A stretch of DNA of 64,000 nucleotides, taken from assembly GCA_050744225.1 (NCBI GenBank), contig JBOGGT010000076.1, forward strand, positions 63,503-127,502, read 5' to 3'. The position numbers and the translations under genes are program-made. Below, piece by piece: positions 26,596-36,046 of this stretch (positions are counted from its first letter, which is position 1; each line of letters opens with the position of its first letter). Under the pieces are notes generated by a model that did not search any database, was not told the DNA's origin, and saw only the letters and a program-made list of their open reading frames with translations. The stretch is from Acidimicrobiales bacterium. Its GTDB lineage: Bacteria > Actinomycetota > Acidimicrobiia > Acidimicrobiales > JAJPHD01.

Positions 26596-27822
26596 CTAGA
26601 TGGCCGGTGGCTTCTCCAGGAGAGGCATCCCGCACAGGGCGCGGCCCACGAAGTCGTAGAGGGCGTCGGTGGTCGGTGCCATCACCCGCGCGGCACGGGC
26701 GTCGCGGAAGCGGCGCTCCACCCCCAGCTCTTTGCGGAAGGCCGAGCCCCCGCAGACCTTCATCGCCAGGTCGGTGACTGCCAGTGCGGCCTCCGAGGCG
26801 GCGGCCTTGACCTCCAGCACCCGCAGCACGGCCTCGGGTCGGCCCTTGTCCCAGGCGGCCACGGTCTCGCGCAGCAGGGCCGCCGCAGAATCGGTGGCGA
26901 TGCGCATCCGGGCCAGATCCGCTCTGGGGATCGGCAGGTCCGCCAGGCTGGCGTCCAGGTGGGCTAGGCGTGCCCTACCCAGGTGAGCAATGGCCTCGGT
27001 GGTCACTGCCTCGGCGAGCCCGACGCTGAAGGCGGCGTTGAGCACCAAGAACCAAGGCAGGATGCTGATCATCGCCAGGTCGAGGCCCGTCCCGTCAGCG
27101 CCCAGTATGTCGGCGAGATCGACCACCACCCCTTCGGCGGTGACCGGTACCGAGCCGTTGCCCCGCAGCCCCAGGCCGTCGAAACCACCGGCCACGCTCA
27201 GGCCCGAGGCGCCGGAGCGGACCAGCCAGAGGGTCATCGCCCCCGACCCGGACACCGGCCGGCTGGACCACACGTAGCAGGCTGCCTCGCGAGCCGAGGT
27301 CACCCAGCTCTTGCGGGCGTCGAGGCGCGCCTTCCCCGGCAAGGCGCCCCCCTCCCCGGCGGCGCCCCCCTCCCCGGAGGCGTCTCCCCCGGAGGCGTCT
27401 CCCCCGGAGGCGCCGGCCTCCCCCGCCTTCCCGACGGTGCTCGCGGTGCCCATCGGGACCCAGAACTGGCTCCCCGAGCCGAACTCGGAGAAGGCGATGG
27501 TGGACAGCCAGGAGCCGTCGGCGACTGCCCGGCGGGCCGGATCGGACCCGTACGCCCCGATCGCCGACGCCGCGGTGTAGTGCATCATCAGGACCATGGC
27601 GCTGGACCCGCAGTGGCGGGCGAGTGCCTCGACCACCTCGGCAGCGGCCCGCAGGCCCTGGCCCATCCCCCCGAGCTCGGTCGGGCCGACGAGGCCCAGC
27701 AGCCCGGAGGAACGCAGGGCCTCAACAGTCTCGGCGGGGAACCGCCCGTCGCGGTCCACCTCCAGGGCGTGGGCGGCGGCGACCGGGACGACGGCGGCCA
27801 GTGCCTCGCGGAAGTGGCTCAA
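26596..27822 (-). CDS. acyl-CoA dehydrogenase family protein
   Basis: ...EVDRDGRFPAETVEALRSSGLLGLVGPTELGG... and a C-terminal ACAD helical domain. The TTG at 27822 overlaps the TGA of the upstream small gene. It contains a Gly/Ala/Glu repeat insertion. Confidence 0.8.
   Translation of the reverse strand: MSHFREALAAVVPVAAAHALEVDRDGRFPAETVEALRSSGLLGLVGPTELGGMGQGLRAAAEVVEALARHCGSSAMVLMMHYTAASAIGAYGSDPARRAVADGSWLSTIAFSEFGSGSQFWVPMGTASTVGKAGEAGASGGDASGGDASGEGGAAGEGGALPGKARLDARKSWVTSAREAACYVWSSRPVSGSGAMTLWLVRSGASGLSVAGGFDGLGLRGNGSVPVTAEGVVVDLADILGADGTGLDLAMISILPWFLVLNAAFSVGLAEAVTTEAIAHLGRARLAHLDASLADLPIPRADLARMRIATDSAAALLRETVAAWDKGRPEAVLRVLEVKAAASEAALAVTDLAMKVCGGSAFRKELGVERRFRDARAARVMAPTTDALYDFVGRALCGMPLLEKPPAI
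27343..27427. repeat. tandem repeats of 18, 18, 15 and 15 nt plus a degenerate unit
   Basis: Read directly. It encodes ...GGDASGGDASGEGGAAGEGGA... inside the ACAD. Confidence 0.9.
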
Positions 27823-28052
27823 CCCCCTCGCTCCTCGGGGGGCGGCTCGCGCCCCCCGGCGGCCATGCGGGTGCGGACCAGCACCTCGTGTTCCCATGGG
27901 CGGGGGTCCGCGCCGAAGTCGTAGAACAGGCAACCCTCCGGGCATGCAAACGGGTCGCTCTCGTTCATGTCCACCCGGCAGGTCTCTACCCGCTCCGAGC
28001 CGCCCGGCGCGCCGTTCGGCAGGTAATGAAGGCAATCGGTGTTCACGGCCAT
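27819..28052 (-). CDS. small conserved 4-Cys protein (paralog 1), unknown function
   Basis: MAVNTDCLHY...ERVETCRVDMNESDPFACPEGCLFYD aligns with the ORF at 37042..37329. Its stop overlaps the ACAD start. Confidence 0.6.
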   Translation of the reverse strand: MAVNTDCLHYLPNGAPGGSERVETCRVDMNESDPFACPEGCLFYDFGADPRPWEHEVLVRTRMAAGGREPPPEERGG

Positions 28053-28153
28053 GCGCCCATACTAGTTCCACCGGGCCGGTGTCCGGGCGAGGCGTAGTCC
28101 AGCCGTCATCCGCCCGCAACCTGCCCGAAACCTGACTCCGCTTGCCTGGCGAC

Positions 28154-30718
28154 ATGGAAAGGAGGCGCAGTCTCGTCGTGGCCGGCCACGGCATGGTCGG
28201 TCACCGCCTGGTCGAGATGCTGGTCGAGCGGGGCTTCACGAAGCACACCGACCTGTCGGTCTTTTCAGAGGAGCCCCGCCCCGCCTACGACCGGGTGGCC
28301 CTTTCCTCACTGTTCTCAGGCAGCACCCCTGAGGAATTGAGCCTGTTGCGCCCTGGCTTCGTGCCCACTCCCGGCCTGTCCCTGCACCTGGCCGAGTCGG
28401 TGAGTGCCATCGACCGGGCAAAAAAGGTGGTCACCTCCTCCTCTGGCCGCCAGGCCCCCTACGACACGCTGGTGCTCGCCACGGGTTCCGCACCTTTCGT
28501 CCCGCCGATACCGGGTACCGACGCGGCGGGCTGCTTCGTCTACCGGACGGTGCAAGACGTGGAGGCGATCAAGGCCTGGGCGGCACACTGCCAGGTGGGG
28601 GTGGTCATCGGCGGCGGCCTCCTGGGTCTGGAGGCGGCCAACGCCCTGCTCCAGCTGGGCTTGACCACCCACGTGGTGGAGCTGGCCCCGCGGCTCATGC
28701 CCCTGCAGGTGGACGAGGGCGGGGGAGTGGCGCTGCGCCGCCAGGTCGAGGCGCTGGGGGTCATCGTGCATCCTGGCGCGAGAAGCGCCGAGGTGCTCAC
28801 CTGGGCGGCCAGGGCGCGCAGCCCCCGGAGGGTGAGCGGCATCCGCCTTGACGACGGCTCCGACCTGGTGGCGGGAATAGTGGTCTTCTCTGCCGGGATC
28901 CGGCCCCGTGACCAGCTGGCCCGGGATTGCGGCCTCGCTCTGGGAGAGCGCGGGGGGATCTCGGTCGACGAGGGATGCGTGAGCTCGGACCCGGCGGTGC
29001 TGGCCATCGGGGAGTGCGCCCTGGTGGCGGGGCGGACTTGGGGACTGGTCTCTCCGGGCTACCAGATGGCGAGGGTGGTGGCCGACAGGCTCACCGGAGT
29101 GCCCGACGCTGCGTTCACCGGAGCCGACCTGTCCACCAAGCTCAAGCTTTTGGGCGTGGATGTGGCCAGCTTCGGCGACGCCCACGGTGCGGCCCCCGGA
29201 GCGGAGGCGATCTTGTTCTCCGACGCCCGGGCCAACATCTACCGCAAGCTGGTGGTGGATGTCGCCGACGGCCGGGTGCTGGGCGGTGTCCTGGTCGGGG
29301 ATGCCTCCGGCTACACCGAGCTGGCGGCCATGGCTCAGGGCACCATGTCCACCCCGGAACAGCTGGCCGCCATGGTCCTTCCGGCGGGCGCAGCCGCCGG
29401 GACGGGAGCGCGCCTCGCCGGGGTCGGGGCTCTGGCCGGTGCTTCGACCATCTGCAACTGCGAGAACGTGTCCAAGGACTCGATCTGCACCGCGATCGCG
29501 CTCGGGGCCACCGAGGTCGGGGCGATAAAGGGTGCGACCCGGGCCGGCACTGGGTGCGGGGCTTGCGTGCCCCTGCTGGTCGACCTGCTGGCCGAGGAGG
29601 GTGTCGACTCGGCGAGCCAGCTCTGCGAGCACTTCGCCTACACGCGCCAGGAGCTGTTTGACATCGTGCGCATCGAGCACATCACCAGCTTCTCCGAGCT
29701 GGTATCGACCAGGGGAGTCGGCCGGGGCTGCGAGATATGCAAGCCAGCGGTCGCCTCGATGCTGGCCTCGCTCGGAGGTGGGTACATCCTGGAAGGGGAG
29801 CAGGCGAGCCTGCAGGACACCAACGACCACTTCCTGGCCAACCTCCAGCGTGACGGCACCTACTCGGTGATCCCCAGGATTCCAGGCGGCGAGATCACCC
29901 CGGCCAAGCTGGTAACCCTCGGCCAGGTCGCCGCCGAGTTCGGCCTGTATACCAAGATCACCGGTGCCCAGCGCATAGACCTCCTCGGGGCCAGGGTGGG
30001 GGACCTGCCCGCCATATGGTCCAGGTTGGTGGCCGCAGGCTTCGAGTCAGGCCACGCCTACGGCAAGGCCCTGCGGACGGTCAAGTCCTGCGTGGGGACC
30101 ACCTGGTGCCGTTACGGGGTCCAGGACTCCACAGCCCTGGCGATCGAGCTCGAGCTGCGCTACAGGGGGCTGCGCTCGCCCCACAAGCTCAAATCCGCGG
30201 TGTCGGGGTGCTCGCGCGAGTGTGCCGAAGCCCAGTCCAAGGACTTCGGGGTCATTGCCACCGAGGCGGGGTGGAACCTGTACGTGTGCGGCAACGGGGG
30301 TACCCGCCCCCGCCACGCCGTGCTGCTGGCCTCCGACCTGGACCGCGAGGCCCTCATCCGGGTCATCGACCGGTTCCTGATCTTCTACATCCGCACCGCC
30401 GGGCGCCTGGAGCGCACCGCCAGCTGGCTCGAAAAGCTCGACGGCGGTATCGACTACCTGCGCTCGGTGGTGGTGGACGATGCACTGGGCCTGGGTGCAG
30501 AGCTGGAGGCGGCGATGGAGTCCCACGTCGCCGGCTACGCCTGCGAGTGGCGCGAGACCCTCGAGGACCCCGAGCGGGTGGCGCGCTTCTCACACTTTGT
30601 GAACAGCGCCGAGCCGGACCCGGGCGTGGTGATGGTGCCCGAGCGAGGTCAGCTCCGGCCCGCACCGACCAAGAAGCTGGAGCCCAAAAAGCTGGAAGGG
30701 GCGCGAGCCACCAGGTGA
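28154..30718 (+). CDS. nirB: NAD(P)H-dependent nitrite reductase large subunit
   Basis: N-terminal FAD/NAD fold (LVVAGHGMVGHRL), a BFD-like [2Fe-2S] region (CNCENV...GTGCGAC) and the sirohaem/4Fe-4S motifs (KSCVGTTWCRYG, SGCSRECAEA). Confidence 0.9.
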   Translation: MERRRSLVVAGHGMVGHRLVEMLVERGFTKHTDLSVFSEEPRPAYDRVALSSLFSGSTPEELSLLRPGFVPTPGLSLHLAESVSAIDRAKKVVTSSSGRQAPYDTLVLATGSAPFVPPIPGTDAAGCFVYRTVQDVEAIKAWAAHCQVGVVIGGGLLGLEAANALLQLGLTTHVVELAPRLMPLQVDEGGGVALRRQVEALGVIVHPGARSAEVLTWAARARSPRRVSGIRLDDGSDLVAGIVVFSAGIRPRDQLARDCGLALGERGGISVDEGCVSSDPAVLAIGECALVAGRTWGLVSPGYQMARVVADRLTGVPDAAFTGADLSTKLKLLGVDVASFGDAHGAAPGAEAILFSDARANIYRKLVVDVADGRVLGGVLVGDASGYTELAAMAQGTMSTPEQLAAMVLPAGAAAGTGARLAGVGALAGASTICNCENVSKDSICTAIALGATEVGAIKGATRAGTGCGACVPLLVDLLAEEGVDSASQLCEHFAYTRQELFDIVRIEHITSFSELVSTRGVGRGCEICKPAVASMLASLGGGYILEGEQASLQDTNDHFLANLQRDGTYSVIPRIPGGEITPAKLVTLGQVAAEFGLYTKITGAQRIDLLGARVGDLPAIWSRLVAAGFESGHAYGKALRTVKSCVGTTWCRYGVQDSTALAIELELRYRGLRSPHKLKSAVSGCSRECAEAQSKDFGVIATEAGWNLYVCGNGGTRPRHAVLLASDLDREALIRVIDRFLIFYIRTAGRLERTASWLEKLDGGIDYLRSVVVDDALGLGAELEAAMESHVAGYACEWRETLEDPERVARFSHFVNSAEPDPGVVMVPERGQLRPAPTKKLEPKKLEGARATR

Positions 30719-31041
30719 GATGGACCAGGGTCTGTCGCTTCGACGAGCTGACCCCCGATCGGGGGGTGTGCGCCAAGGTAGGAGAACACCAGGTGGCGGT
30801 GGTGCGCACCTCGGGTGACGACGCGCTCTACGCGCTGGGAAACCATGACCCCTTCTCGGGGGCGAACGTGTTGTCCCGGGGGATCGTGGGGAGCCTCGGG
30901 GGAGTGGTGGTGTTGGCGTCCCCGCTGTTCAAGCAGCACTTCTGCCTCGCCAGCGGCCGCTGTGTCGAAGAACCGAAGGTCGTGGTCACCACCTTCGAGG
31001 TGCGCCGCAACGGGGAGTGGGTGGAGGTCGGCGACCCTTAG
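30715..31041 (+). CDS. nirD: nitrite reductase small subunit
   Basis: Rieske-like NirD sequence (WTRVCRFDELTPDRGVCAKVGEHQVAVVR...DPFSGANVLSRGIVG). GTGA overlap with nirB. Confidence 0.85.
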   Translation: MRWTRVCRFDELTPDRGVCAKVGEHQVAVVRTSGDDALYALGNHDPFSGANVLSRGIVGSLGGVVVLASPLFKQHFCLASGRCVEEPKVVVTTFEVRRNGEWVEVGDP

Positions 31042-31484
31042 GGCGACCCTATTTCGGGGGGGGAGAACCAGGGCTGCATCGCCTGGGCGAGCATCAGGTC
31101 CCCCGAGACCCGCAGGCGGCCGGTCATGAAGGCGCGCATGCCATCCAGGCGCCCGGCCATGAAGCGGAGGAAGTCCGCCACCCCGAGGGCGAGGGTGACC
31201 CGGGCCACCGCGGCGTTGCCGGGGGCCACCGAGCAGGTCCCGTCGGCCACGGTGACCTGCCAGGTCCGCTTCCCCGAGGGCGTGGCAAGCTCCCACTGGA
31301 TCACCGCGCTCGCCCCGACGGCCCGCTCGGGCAGGAAACCAGCGGCCATGGTGGCGAAGGCCCGTGCCAGGACAGTGTCGGTCCCCATGGCTTCGACCCG
31401 CGCCGTCACCGCTGCGTCCTTGCGCCCCTCGACGAGGCCGGCGATCTCGGAGTCCGACAGGACTGGCAGGCCGGGGTCGCTCAC
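31038..31484 (-). CDS. SCP2 sterol-binding-domain protein
   Basis: The C-terminal ...DFLRFMAGRLDGMRAFMTGRLRVSGDLMLAQAM is typical of SCP2 domains. Confidence 0.7.
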   Translation of the reverse strand: MSDPGLPVLSDSEIAGLVEGRKDAAVTARVEAMGTDTVLARAFATMAAGFLPERAVGASAVIQWELATPSGKRTWQVTVADGTCSVAPGNAAVARVTLALGVADFLRFMAGRLDGMRAFMTGRLRVSGDLMLAQAMQPWFSPPEIGSP

Positions 31485-31640
31485 GGGGCCAGCCTAGGCG
31501 CATCACGGGTCGTGGGTGGGCGCCAATGGGGAGGGGGCACTGGGCGATATTCCTTGAGGTGGGGGGGCCGACTTCGACAGCGGGGGGCGCGTTGGCTAGA
31601 TTCACGCTCGATGCCCCGCGGCCAGGATGCTCCGACGCCT

Positions 31641-32474
31641 ATGTCACCTGCCAGGCGGCGCGCCCTGGTGGCGGGCCTGGTGGTGCTGGGGGCCTTGATG
31701 CTTGGGGGTTGCAGCGGTCTGCCGACCTTCGGGACCTTCCTGCCGGTGACCAAGGAGGAGGGTGGTACATACAGCCTCTACCAGGTGCTCACCCTCGCGG
31801 CGATGATCATCGGCGCGTTCATCTGGGCCCTGATATTCTGGTGCGTCTTCCGATACCGGCGCAAGAAGGCGAACCCCGCCACCGGCGAGGAGCCCAAGCA
31901 GACCCGTTACAACCTCAAGTGGGAGGTGGTCTACACCGCGACCCCCATCCTTCTGGTGATCATCATCTTCGTCTTCACCGTCATCAGCGAGGACCAGGCC
32001 GACGCGGTGGTCAGCCACCCGGCGGTGACGGTGGACGTGACCGGGTTCCAGTGGGGTTGGAAGTTCGACTACCCGCTCGCCGGCGCTGAGCACATCACGA
32101 TTGGGCCGGTGGGCGAACCCACCCCCACGCTGGCGCAGGCGACCACCGGCCTGCAGGCCCAGGTTCCGGTGGAGACCTATCCCACCATGGTGATCCCGGT
32201 GAACGAGACGGTGCACATCAATCTGGTGTCCAACGACGTGGTGCACGGCTTCTACGTGCCCCAGTTCCTCTTCAGCCGCTACGCCCAGCCCGGCGTGACC
32301 AACACCTTCGACTTCACCCCAAAAAGGACGGGGACCTTCTCCGGCCGCTGCACCCAGTTCTGCGGGCTCTACCACGCCGAGATGCAGTTCTACGTCCAGG
32401 TCATGTCAGGCTCCGCCTATACCGCGTGGGTACACGCCCATGAGGCTCCGATCACACAAGGACCGCTCACGTGA
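31641..32474 (+). CDS. ctaC: cytochrome c oxidase subunit II
   Basis: Lipoprotein-type signal, two TM segments and the CuA site HGFYVPQF...CTQFCGLYHAEM. Confidence 0.9.
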   Translation: MSPARRRALVAGLVVLGALMLGGCSGLPTFGTFLPVTKEEGGTYSLYQVLTLAAMIIGAFIWALIFWCVFRYRRKKANPATGEEPKQTRYNLKWEVVYTATPILLVIIIFVFTVISEDQADAVVSHPAVTVDVTGFQWGWKFDYPLAGAEHITIGPVGEPTPTLAQATTGLQAQVPVETYPTMVIPVNETVHINLVSNDVVHGFYVPQFLFSRYAQPGVTNTFDFTPKRTGTFSGRCTQFCGLYHAEMQFYVQVMSGSAYTAWVHAHEAPITQGPLT

Positions 32475-34162
32475 CGCTGCTCGATGAACCCCGCGTAGTC
32501 GATTTCGACCAACCCCCCGAGCATCACCACGAGGGGCCATCGGGGCTCTACCAGTGGATCACGAGCACTGACCACAAGGTGATCGGAAAGAGCTACCTGT
32601 ACACCTCGATCGTGTTCTTCCTGCTGGCCGGGTCGATGGCGCTCCTGATCCGCACCCAGCTGATCATGCCCAACAACACCTTCGTGAGCCAGCAGACCTA
32701 CGACGAGCTTTTCACCATGCACGGCAGCTTGATGATGTACCTGTTCGCTGGGCCGTTCGCCTTCGGGGGCTTCGCCAACCTGATCATCCCCATCCAGGTC
32801 GGCGCCCCGGACATGGCCTTCCCCCGGCTGAACCTGCTGTCCTACTGGTTGTACTTCTCGGGCGGGATCATCCTGATCGGCGGGTTCTTCGTCTCCGGGG
32901 GCGCGGCGGACTTCGGTTGGGTCGGCTACGCCCCGCTGTCCAACATCATCAACTCTCCCGGTCCGGGGTCGGATATGTGGATCGCCGGTCTGATCCTGAC
33001 CGGCTTCTCGGCCATCTTCACCGGCATCAACCTGGTGACCACCATCTTCTACCTGCGCGCGCCGGGCATGACCATGTTCCGCATCCCGATCTTCTCCTGG
33101 AACATGCTGGTCACCGCGATCCTGATCCTGATCGCCTTCCCGGTGCTGACCAGCGCGCTGATCATGCTGTACGCCGACCGCCACCTCGGCACGCACTTCT
33201 TCACCGTTGTCGGTGGAGGGGTGCCGGTCCTGTGGCAGAACCTGTTCTGGTTCTTCGGGCACCCCGAGGTCTACATCCTGGCCCTACCCTACTTCGGGAT
33301 CGTCACCGAGATCCTCCCGGTCTTCTCCCGCAAGCCGGTGTTCAGCTACAAGGGCCTGGTCTTTGCCACCCTGCTCATCGCCGGGCTGTCGACCGGAGTG
33401 TGGGCGCACCACATGTTCACCACCGGGGTGGTGCTGCTGCCCTTCTTCGCCGGTATGAGCTACCTGATAGCGGTGCCCACGGGACTGAAGTTCTTTGCCT
33501 GGATCGGGACCATGTGGCACGGGCATCTCTCTTTCAAGACACCGATGCTCTTCGCGGTGGGATTCTTGGTGGTGTTCCTGCTGGGTGGCCTGTCCGGAGT
33601 CATCCTTGCCGCTCCCTCGGTGGACTTCTTCGTGCATGACACCTACTACGTCGTGGCGCACTTCCACGAGGTGCTGATCGGCACCGCGGTGCTGGGCGGC
33701 TTCGGGGGCTTCTACTACTGGTACCCCAAGTTCACCGGCCGGATGCTCCGGGACAACCTGGGCCAGTTGCACTTCTACATGCTGATCGTCGGCTTCGTCA
33801 TACAGACCCTGCCCCAGTACATCCTCGGCCTGGAGGGGATGCCCCGACGGATCCCCGTGTACACCGTGGCGGACCACTGGACGACGCTGAACGTGTTCTC
33901 CAGCTGCGGCGGATACCTGATCGGACTGTCGTTCGTGGTCTGGCTGGTGAACCTGTGGATATCCTGGCGCAAGCCGATTGCCGCGGGGGACGACCCCTGG
34001 GGCGGGCATACCCTGGAGTGGGCGACTTCCTCGCCGCCACCGCACCACAACTTCTACTCGATCCCCCCGATCCGATCTGAGCGGCCCACCTGGGACATGA
34101 ACCACACCGAACCCCCACCGGGCTCCGCGGTCGAGGGGCCCACCGGGATAACGGTCAGATGA
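32471..34162 (+). CDS. ctaD: cytochrome c oxidase subunit I
   Basis: 563 aa with WFFGHPEVYIL, HHMF and other canonical heme-copper oxidase motifs. Confidence 0.95.
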   Translation: MTLLDEPRVVDFDQPPEHHHEGPSGLYQWITSTDHKVIGKSYLYTSIVFFLLAGSMALLIRTQLIMPNNTFVSQQTYDELFTMHGSLMMYLFAGPFAFGGFANLIIPIQVGAPDMAFPRLNLLSYWLYFSGGIILIGGFFVSGGAADFGWVGYAPLSNIINSPGPGSDMWIAGLILTGFSAIFTGINLVTTIFYLRAPGMTMFRIPIFSWNMLVTAILILIAFPVLTSALIMLYADRHLGTHFFTVVGGGVPVLWQNLFWFFGHPEVYILALPYFGIVTEILPVFSRKPVFSYKGLVFATLLIAGLSTGVWAHHMFTTGVVLLPFFAGMSYLIAVPTGLKFFAWIGTMWHGHLSFKTPMLFAVGFLVVFLLGGLSGVILAAPSVDFFVHDTYYVVAHFHEVLIGTAVLGGFGGFYYWYPKFTGRMLRDNLGQLHFYMLIVGFVIQTLPQYILGLEGMPRRIPVYTVADHWTTLNVFSSCGGYLIGLSFVVWLVNLWISWRKPIAAGDDPWGGHTLEWATSSPPPHHNFYSIPPIRSERPTWDMNHTEPPPGSAVEGPTGITVR

Positions 34163-34172
34163 GCGGCCTCCG

Positions 34173-34718
34173 ATGAGCGGAGCTCCGATGAGCGATGGGG
34201 GGCCCAACCCGACCCAGTCGCCCGGCGACGACGCGGTCCGCGCTGCCGGGGGTGCGCGGATCTCGCAGGGCTGGGTGAAGCGGGACCTGCGCGCCGCATG
34301 GGGCACCGCCAGGGGCACCGGCGGGTTCCGCTTTGAGGCCATGATCTACCTGGGCATCGCCCTGTTCTTCTCGGTCGTGCTGGCGGGTTACTGGTTCACC
34401 AGCGGGGAGGACGGCGGAGCGGTGATGCTGTTGTTCACCGTCTGCCTGGGCCTGCTGCCCGGCGGGTACATGTTCTTCTGGTCCCGGCGGATGAAGCGCC
34501 GGCCAGAGGACAGCCTCGACGCCGAGCAGTCCGACGGGGCGGGCGCGGTGGGGAGCTTCCCCGACCAGAGCGTGTGGCCCTTCGTGCTCGGCACCGGGAT
34601 GGGATTTTGCGCGATGGCGTTGGTTTTCGGTCCCTGGCTCGGTCTGATCGGCGGCCTGATGGGGATCGCCGCCGCCATCGGCGTGACCGGAGAGAGCCGC
34701 CGGGGCGGCAACGTCTGA
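34173..34718 (+). CDS. ctaF: cytochrome c oxidase polypeptide 4 (CtaF-like), start uncertain
   Basis: Four hydrophobic segments directly after ctaD. Sequence pattern ...FPDQSVWPFVLG... Confidence 0.6.
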   Translation: MSGAPMSDGGPNPTQSPGDDAVRAAGGARISQGWVKRDLRAAWGTARGTGGFRFEAMIYLGIALFFSVVLAGYWFTSGEDGGAVMLLFTVCLGLLPGGYMFFWSRRMKRRPEDSLDAEQSDGAGAVGSFPDQSVWPFVLGTGMGFCAMALVFGPWLGLIGGLMGIAAAIGVTGESRRGGNV

Positions 34719-34807
34719 AGGCTGTCACCGGGCCGGTCTGACGCCGTGCCGCACCTGACCGCGCCCCCCGGTTGGGGCGGAGTGCCCAAGGCGTGCGAGC
34801 ATGTGGG

Positions 34808-36046
34808 ATGGCCACTGACCGGATCGTTCCTGCCCAGCTCCACCCGTTCGCCCGTCCAGCCGCCGAGGCGGCCAGCTTCGTGAACATCGTCTCGGGACAC
34901 GGGGCGACGGTCACCGACGACCACGGCAACGACTACGTGGATGCCCTTGGCAGCCTGTGGTACTGCCAGATCGGGCATGGCCGGGAGGAGATGGCTGAGG
35001 CCATCGCCGCGCAGTGCCGCACCCTGGCGGGATTCCATACTTTTGACCGTTTCGCCAACCCGCCGGCTGAGGCTCTCTGCGCGGAGCTGGTCGGGATGGC
35101 GCCCATGGACGGCGCCCGGGTGTTCCTAACCAGTGGAGGGTCTGAGGCGGTCGAATCCGCGATAAAGCTGGCCAGGATGGCCCAGGTGCGTTCTGGGCAC
35201 TCGGAACGGACACTGATCGTGAGCCGGCGCCCCTCTTATCACGGCGTCACCTATGGCGCGATGTCTGCCACCGGACTTCCCCCCAACCAGGAGGGCTGGG
35301 GAGCCCTGCTGCCCGATATGGTGCAGGTGGACAGGGACGACCTTGACAAGCTGGACGCGCTGCTTGCGGAAGAGGGTTCCCGCTTGGCTGCGATCATCGC
35401 CGAGCCGGTGATCGGTGCCGCGGGGGTGTACCCGCCAGCGCCGGGCTACCTTGCGGGGCTGCGGGAGCGTTGCGACCGCCTCGGTGCCTACCTGATCCTG
35501 GACGAGGTTGTCTGCGCCTTCGGGCGGCTCGGGACCTGGTGGGCGGCGGAGTACTTCGATGTTCGGCCCGATCTGGTGACCTTTGCCAAAGGCGTCACCT
35601 CGGGCTACCAGCCCGTGGGCGGAGTGCTGGTGGGCCGGGCGGTTCGTGAGCCGTTGGAGGCCGACCCGGCGTTCTTGTTGCGCCACGGCAACACCTACAG
35701 CGGTCACCCCGCCGGGTGCGCGGCGGGCCTGGCCAACCTGGCGATCATGCGCCGGGAGGGCCTCCTCGGACGCTCCGTGGAGGTGGGTGCGGCCCTACGG
35801 TCGGGGCTGGAGAGCCTGGTTGACGGCTCCAGGGTCACAGAGGTTCGAGGGGCGGGAGCCGTTTGGGCGCTGGGGTTCGGCCCAGGGGCGGATGCGGTGG
35901 CCGTCCGCAACGCCATGTTGGCGCGTGGGGTGATCGCCCGGCCCATAGGTCCATCCACCATGGCGTTCTGCCCTCCCCTGGTGATCACCGACGCCGAGAT
36001 GGATCACCTGGTCAGCGCCACTGGCGAGGCGATCGTCGCGTGCTGA
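34808..36046 (+). CDS. class-III (omega) aminotransferase
   Basis: WYCQIGHGR..., SGSEAVE, LILDEVVCAFGRLG and TFAKGVTSGYQP (PLP lysine) motifs. Confidence 0.85.
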   Translation: MATDRIVPAQLHPFARPAAEAASFVNIVSGHGATVTDDHGNDYVDALGSLWYCQIGHGREEMAEAIAAQCRTLAGFHTFDRFANPPAEALCAELVGMAPMDGARVFLTSGGSEAVESAIKLARMAQVRSGHSERTLIVSRRPSYHGVTYGAMSATGLPPNQEGWGALLPDMVQVDRDDLDKLDALLAEEGSRLAAIIAEPVIGAAGVYPPAPGYLAGLRERCDRLGAYLILDEVVCAFGRLGTWWAAEYFDVRPDLVTFAKGVTSGYQPVGGVLVGRAVREPLEADPAFLLRHGNTYSGHPAGCAAGLANLAIMRREGLLGRSVEVGAALRSGLESLVDGSRVTEVRGAGAVWALGFGPGADAVAVRNAMLARGVIARPIGPSTMAFCPPLVITDAEMDHLVSATGEAIVAC

